Assembly: GCA_016187415.1 (NCBI GenBank)
Contig: JACPJT010000001.1
Location: 13,634 to 77,633 of the forward strand
Direction of reading: 5' to 3'
Source of the DNA: Candidatus Aenigmatarchaeota archaeon
GTDB lineage: Archaea > Aenigmatarchaeota > Aenigmatarchaeia > CG10238-14 > SCSR01
Length of the DNA: 64,000 nt
Part shown: positions 58,871 through 64,000 of the stretch, in pieces
Numbering within the stretch: the first letter of the stretch is position 1
How the letters are laid out: each line of letters begins with the position of its first letter
Notes under the pieces: model-generated
Told to the model about the DNA's origin: nothing
What the model saw: the letters and a program-made list of their open reading frames with translations, nothing else
Database searches by the model: none
Position numbers and translations under genes: made by a program

Positions 58871-59074
58871 TCATTTCTTCTTCCAAAAGAAACCAGCCTT
58901 AGTTTCTATCCTTTCTACCTTACCTTCGTTCTTCAATTCCATAAGAACCCTGTATAGCATGTGCCAATTAATGCTTTTGCCACTCTTTTCTTCGACCTCT
59001 TTCAGGACTTGGTTCGTACTCTTTATATTATTCAAAGAAAGTATACCCAAAACCGTTTCTCTATACTTACTCAT
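58871..59074 (-). CDS. small winged-helix protein
   Basis: STNQV...NWHMLYRVLMELKNEGKVERI. Confidence 0.7.
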   Translation of the reverse strand: MSKYRETVLGILSLNNIKSTNQVLKEVEEKSGKSINWHMLYRVLMELKNEGKVERIETKAGFFWKKK

Positions 59075-59160
59075 AAGAGAGTTTTACAAAATATTGTTAC
59101 TAAGCATATATCCAAAGGTTTGATACAAGAGTTTTAAAGGTAAAATGTAATAGTAAATTA

Positions 59161-59790
59161 ATGAAAAGCAAGCCTAAGAGCATATTGAAATGGTTTGGCA
59201 TAATAGTTGGAATTTTCTTTCTTGCTATGATAATATGGGGTATTCTGGGTTACTTGTCATATTCCTACATTTTAACAAACTCTACAACATCAGCCTCTCC
59301 AGATGTACAAAAATTCAACGAACTTAGCAGTAGAAGTCGGAAGGAAGTAAATCAATTTTCCAATGAAATAAAAGACTATTCAGTTAGCCTAAAAGCTGGA
59401 GATACCATTGCATCTAGAAGTAAGGTCACCAACGCTAGAAACATATTGATTGATTTGAAGAATGATTACCAATTCGTATGCGATTTCCAAGAGAGTAACA
59501 AGCAATTATTTAGCAGTGACATAGAGATACTAATTCAAAAGTGCAAAGGCTTTTTGGATGTTTTCAACTTATGCTATCCAAAATACTTGGATTCGTTGTA
59601 TAGTCTAACTTACTTAGTAGAACAAGGAAACCAAGCAAAAACTCAGCAAGGTACACAGAATTACCAAACGTCATGTGCTTCTTGGCTAAACGACTGGAAT
59701 ATTGTAAGGGGTAGCTGTAGTACATTGTCGGAAAAGTATTATTTGGGTCTAGAATTTGCAGATTTGTCCGAAATGTGCAAATTAAACTAG
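59161..59790 (+). CDS. membrane-anchored exported helical protein with several Cys
   Basis: N-terminal TM; Cys-containing ectodomain. Confidence 0.7.
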   Translation: MKSKPKSILKWFGIIVGIFFLAMIIWGILGYLSYSYILTNSTTSASPDVQKFNELSSRSRKEVNQFSNEIKDYSVSLKAGDTIASRSKVTNARNILIDLKNDYQFVCDFQESNKQLFSSDIEILIQKCKGFLDVFNLCYPKYLDSLYSLTYLVEQGNQAKTQQGTQNYQTSCASWLNDWNIVRGSCSTLSEKYYLGLEFADLSEMCKLN

Positions 59791-59836
59791 GATTCTTCTT
59801 CAATAGCTCACACTTTAATGTAAACTCTAGGATATG

Positions 59837-60107
59837 CATGGCTTGTCTAGTAAAATGTCCGATATGTCAGAAAACTAAGAAGCTTGATAGCAGAACCAAG
59901 CATTACTTTAGATGTGATTGGTGTCATATAGCTATCGAAGTAAAGCCTAACATATTGGGAGAATCGTTTGTATTGCCTAGAAAATGCAAGGATTGTGGTA
60001 GAATTAAGGGTAAAGATTGTGATTGTATTGAAATTGTAGACGGTGAACCAGAAAAATTGATATTAGTCAATGATGAGTCAGAAAAGTTAATCATTGTTGA
60101 CAATTAA
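59837..60107 (+). CDS. Zn-finger protein
   Basis: CPIC, CDWC, CKDC..CDC. Confidence 0.55.
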
Positions 60108-60620
60108 AATGGATTATATAGTTCTCCTATCTTCTTTTCTAGGAAGTAAACCGATGTCCTTCTCTTACTTCCATCATATAACTCATCGAAGCTATCAATA
60201 AACAATTTAGAAGCTTGTTTTTTACTAAGATTTTTAATTCTAACGCTTAGTGACTTGCATCTTTCAATAAAGGATTTCTCTAGAGGTTTAGGTATTTCAG
60301 CATCTTTTATTTTCGATATATTATTTTTTGTCAATTCTGCAAAAAACTTCTTTTCTAATTCCGAACCTTTTATAACAATTTCTGCAACCTTATTTTTATT
60401 TGTGAAGAATAACTTTTTTACATGGGGCTTTACACCGCTACTTTCATGCATCATCAAACCTTCAGTTTCAATAATATTTAGATAAGTTGTAATATTTTTC
60501 GCATAACCAGCATCAATTTCACCTTTTAATAATCTGGTAATCTCTTGAGGGTGTATTGCTTTATCCCAACATAAATAAATCAACATGAGATACAGATTTC
60601 TGATTTTGAAATTACCCATA
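60104..60620 (-). CDS. putative winged-helix protein
   Basis: IHPQEITRLL...NITTYLNIIETEGLM; divergent from the replication cluster. Confidence 0.55.
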
Positions 60621-60697
60621 TTGATAAGTAGATGTGTAAATATAAAACTCGATTTACAGCACAAACAATAATTTAATTCGAAATTACTAAATTAAAC

Positions 60698-60991
60698 ATG
60701 AGAAAACGAGAAGCTGATTTCGTCAAATCAGCCCCCAGAGTTAAATTAGTTTATATGGCTATTGAAAAAGAGCCAGAATTTGATTTCTTAAATGAAGTAT
60801 TTGATAGAATGATATTAGATAGAGAGATTTCTTCTTACCGTAAATCAATAATACCATTTCCACTAATCTTCAAAAGGCTTGGAGTAGTCTACCATTTTTC
60901 TAAAAAGACAAGTTTGAAGTTCTTGAAAGTTTTAGAAAAACGGGGTTACATCAAACTAGTCAACTTTCATGGAATTAAGGTGACTAGATAA
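60698..60991 (+). CDS. winged-helix protein
   Basis: FSKKTSLKFLKVLEKRGYIKLV. Confidence 0.65.
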   Translation: MRKREADFVKSAPRVKLVYMAIEKEPEFDFLNEVFDRMILDREISSYRKSIIPFPLIFKRLGVVYHFSKKTSLKFLKVLEKRGYIKLVNFHGIKVTR

Positions 60992-61491
60992 TGAAAGTTC
61001 TTAGTATAGCTAAAACAGCTTGGAGTAAGCTGAATCCAGAGAAGCGATTTACAAGGATGTTATCACTAGATGCCCTAAATCTGATGCGACATAATAAGCT
61101 TTCATTAGAGAAAGCGTCTAAGTATGTGGGATTGGACAAAGAAACTGTACAACAACATATAGCTTCTGCAATTTACAAAAGGCACAATAGGTGGATACCT
61201 AAAAGAATGGACATTATACAACGAAGAATGACTGTCTACAAAAACGGAAAATCAACATCAATTGTTGTAAGAGATTCCAAACAAGCCTCTAGGATAGGAG
61301 AATATTTCAATGATGTGAAGAAGGCTTTAACAACTGGTGATGACTCATTCCTCAGAAAATACAATAGAAGAAAAATAATCGGTGTAAGAGGAGGAAAGCA
61401 TAAGCTTGAGACACGACTTGAGAAAATCAGAGAAATAGAAGAGGCTAAAGAAGACGGTGAGTTTCAAGTTCTCTACGACACGGTGAGATGA
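60991..61491 (+). CDS. HTH-domain casposon protein
   Basis: LSLEKASKYVGLDKETVQQH; ASRIGEYFNDVKKAL; coupled to HNH and polB. Confidence 0.7.
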   Translation: MKVLSIAKTAWSKLNPEKRFTRMLSLDALNLMRHNKLSLEKASKYVGLDKETVQQHIASAIYKRHNRWIPKRMDIIQRRMTVYKNGKSTSIVVRDSKQASRIGEYFNDVKKALTTGDDSFLRKYNRRKIIGVRGGKHKLETRLEKIREIEEAKEDGEFQVLYDTVR

Positions 61492-61842
61492 ATGAATAGA
61501 GAACATTATGAAAGAGAGATAATCAATAAAATAAAGCAGAGAAAGTTCAAGGAAGCTTTGAGAGACACTGCAAAAGCAAACATATGCATACTCAAGTGTG
61601 AATGCTCTTCTATAGAAGAGCATCATTTACTCAGCAGAATAAATTCAGATGATACAGTTGGATTGTGCAAACCACCACATAGTTTTGTAACCAATGCACA
61701 AAATGAACTACCATCTCAGATAAGAAAAAACAAGTCGTCTAAAAAGAGAGGTCTCCATTTCTTCCTTGTAAGCATTGGTGCATTGCTGATTCTGATTGGC
61801 GAAAGAATGATAGATTTTGGATTGAGTGACTTGGATGATTGA
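61492..61842 (+). CDS. HNH-like endonuclease
   Basis: C.KC...IEEHHL......TVGLCKPPH. Confidence 0.65.
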   Translation: MNREHYEREIINKIKQRKFKEALRDTAKANICILKCECSSIEEHHLLSRINSDDTVGLCKPPHSFVTNAQNELPSQIRKNKSSKKRGLHFFLVSIGALLILIGERMIDFGLSDLDD

Positions 61843-64000
61843 AAAGAAGGAAATTGCGTTAAGAACGTATGTGAAACCAAAAAGAATAAAAGAAAGAATT
61901 CAAAATAAAGAAGTTAACACATCTAGAATTCTAGTTTTTGATACAGAGACTACGGATGACATGTATCAAAATCTGAAGTTTGGTTCATTTGCCATAATCG
62001 AAAACTCCAATGAGCAATACAAGGGAATATTTTATAACCCAGAAGATGTCACAGAAGACGAAAAGAAATTATTAGAAAAACACTGTAAATTAAAACAAAT
62101 TCAGTTGTATACAAAGGAAGATTTTATAGAAAATGTCTTCATAAAGGAAGTTTTTTATACGCAAACTTTATGTATTGGTTTCAACTTACCATTTGATATA
62201 CCAAGATTGTCTATTGACTGGTCTGAAGCTAGGGGGAAGAGATTTGAAAATGGGTTTTCCTTTATTTTAAGCAAAAATCCTAGCATTCCTAGATTGAAAA
62301 TAAAACATATTGACAGCACAATGTCATTCATCGAATTCGGCTCTGCTTTTGACTACAATGGGAGAAATTACAATTTCAGAGGCAATTTCCTAGATTTGAA
62401 AACCTTGATGTTCGCACTAACTAATGAAAAGTATTCACTAAAAACAGCTTGTAAATTGTTCAAAACTAAGCACCAAAAATCAGAAGCAAAAACTCATGGT
62501 AAAATAACTCCTGAATATATTGAATACAATTTGAACGACTTGGAATGCACCAAAGAGCTTTATTACAAGGCAAAAGAAGAGTACGATAAATTTTGTATCA
62601 ACCTGCCAGTTACAAAGGCGTATTCTCCAGCATCTATTGGAAAGACATGTCTCGACATGTTGGACATCAAATCATTCGAGAAAAAGAATCCAAACTTTCC
62701 AGATGCAATAAAAGGAAACATCATGGCTTCTTACTATGGTGGTAGAAGCGATGTAATGTTTAGACGAAACCCCATGCAAATTGTTCTTTTAGATTTCACG
62801 AGCATGTACCCTACCGTATGCATATTGCAAAATCTTTGGAAATTCATAATAGCTGAGAAGATAGAGACAATAGATAATACAGAAAATGTGAGGAAGCTAT
62901 TGGAGAGAATTAAAGAACCAGCAGATTTGCTAGACAATGAACTCTGGAAGACTTTCAATTGCATAGTTTTTGTCAAGTCGAATGAAGATTTACTACCAGT
63001 TAGGTCAAGATTTAACTATAATGAAGAGGCTTACAACATAGGAATAGAGTATCTGACAAATGAAAATGCCATACCATATGCCCTTTCAGATGTTATAGCA
63101 TCCAAGATACTAAATAATAAAACACCTGAGATAATGAAGGCTATTAGATTTATCCCAGTTGGCATACAGAATGGCTTGAAGAAGGTAAATATTCTGGGCG
63201 TAGAATCAGACCCTGAAAAACAAGATTTCTTTGAGGCACTCATAGAAGAAAGGCAGAAGATTAAAAACGAGATGAAAAGGTTGGGTGAAGCCTCGCCCGA
63301 ACACATGCTTTTAGACAGCAAACAAAAGGCACTGAAGACGATTGCCAATGCGATAAGTTATGGCATTTACATAGAAGACAATCCAGAAGAAAACTATGAA
63401 ATAATTGATGCATATGGAATTGAAAAGTTTGAAGCCGATGCTAGCAAGATTGACAACTTTGGGTATTTTTTCAATCCTATAATGGCTGTTTTGATAACAT
63501 CTGCATCAAGATTGCTATTGGCTATAGCTGAGAGTATCCTAGCTAAGCATGGAAAATTCTTCGCATTTTGCGACACCGACAGCATGGCTGTACCACCAGA
63601 GTGTGCAAAAGAGTTGCAAGACTATTTCCAAAAACTAAATCCTTACAAAATTGATGTGGAAATTCTAAAGCAAGAAACTCCAGTTGTTTGGTGTTATTGC
63701 ATAAGTGCAAAGAGATATGTTTTGTATAAAAAGGATGACAAAATAGAGATTTTCAAGAAAGATAAAAAATACAGATTTTCATTGCACGGGTTGGGTCACA
63801 TAGAGAACCCCTTTGGAAATGACAGAGGCGATGATATACCATGGCAAATAGAATGGTGGACAGATATACTGAATTTGGAATATGGGATTGTAGATGAGAA
63901 TGAGATAACAACCAAATATAGAAACAAATACGAGATTGCACAGCTTAGTATAACATCAACAAATATAATGAAAAGATTTGAGGTCTTAAATAAAGACAAG
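61835..64000 (+). CDS. polB: family B DNA polymerase (partial, runs off window; absent from ORF track)
   Basis: ExoI FDTET, ExoII GFNLPFD, ExoIII YNLND, YYGGR, DFTSMYP, KTIANAISYG, CDTDS, SAKRY; frame confirmed at ATG 61835, YYGGR and DTDS. Confidence 0.93.
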   Translation, partial: MIEKKEIALRTYVKPKRIKERIQNKEVNTSRILVFDTETTDDMYQNLKFGSFAIIENSNEQYKGIFYNPEDVTEDEKKLLEKHCKLKQIQLYTKEDFIENVFIKEVFYTQTLCIGFNLPFDIPRLSIDWSEARGKRFENGFSFILSKNPSIPRLKIKHIDSTMSFIEFGSAFDYNGRNYNFRGNFLDLKTLMFALTNEKYSLKTACKLFKTKHQKSEAKTHGKITPEYIEYNLNDLECTKELYYKAKEEYDKFCINLPVTKAYSPASIGKTCLDMLDIKSFEKKNPNFPDAIKGNIMASYYGGRSDVMFRRNPMQIVLLDFTSMYPTVCILQNLWKFIIAEKIETIDNTENVRKLLERIKEPADLLDNELWKTFNCIVFVKSNEDLLPVRSRFNYNEEAYNIGIEYLTNENAIPYALSDVIASKILNNKTPEIMKAIRFIPVGIQNGLKKVNILGVESDPEKQDFFEALIEERQKIKNEMKRLGEASPEHMLLDSKQKALKTIANAISYGIYIEDNPEENYEIIDAYGIEKFEADASKIDNFGYFFNPIMAVLITSASRLLLAIAESILAKHGKFFAFCDTDSMAVPPECAKELQDYFQKLNPYKIDVEILKQETPVVWCYCISAKRYVLYKKDDKIEIFKKDKKYRFSLHGLGHIENPFGNDRGDDIPWQIEWWTDILNLEYGIVDENEITTKYRNKYEIAQLSITSTNIMKRFEVLNKDK

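Larger units (their letters stand above)
56007..64000. mobile_element. casposon (family-2-like), left part; continues beyond the window
   Basis: Terminal-repeat-like end 10 nt after tRNA-Glu, solo cas1 with C-terminal HTH, HTH genes, HNH, family B polymerase; visibly AT-richer than host; no CRISPR array seen. Confidence 0.88.

Noticed and set aside
62734-63999. Short minus-strand ORFs listed in the track
   Set aside because: Antisense shadows of the plus-strand polB.
56000-64000. CRISPR-Cas locus suggested by cas1
   Set aside because: No repeat-spacer array, cas2, cas4 or effector genes seen; context (PolB, HNH, terminal repeat) fits a casposon.

Overview
Archaeal DNA, most likely from a DPANN lineage (inferred from the fused PriS-PriL primase, short GatE and streamlined ribosomal-protein operons; Aenigmarchaeota-like is a guess). 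Bases 1-56,000 are mostly housekeeping genes: ychF, pyrG, gatDE, dhs/speD, mtaB, cbf5, a split spc operon with secY, PCNA, TFS, cysS, priSL-GINS, aRF1, valS, a eukaryote-type topoisomerase IB and five tRNAs, three of them with bulge-helix-bulge (BHB) introns. Highlights: (1) gatE is interrupted inside its conserved GLE|IHQQL motif by a 17-nt, stop-containing insert that folds into a BHB-like structure, directly downstream of a free-standing HTH-repeat LAGLIDADG endonuclease. This looks like a protein-gene micro-intron paired with a homing endonuclease. (2) A family-2-like casposon (terminal inverted repeat, solo Cas1 with C-terminal HTH, HTH genes, HNH, PolB running off the window end) is integrated just 3' of a two-intron tRNA-Glu. 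(3) An AT-rich island encodes an HTH regulator, a GHKL/MORC-like ATPase and a methyltransferase-like protein (candidate defence system). (4) A NiSOD cassette is inserted into the ribosomal operon. (5) pyrG, sodN and cas1 each lack an internal conserved segment, which may be an assembly artefact. All calls are from reading motifs by eye; no searches were run.
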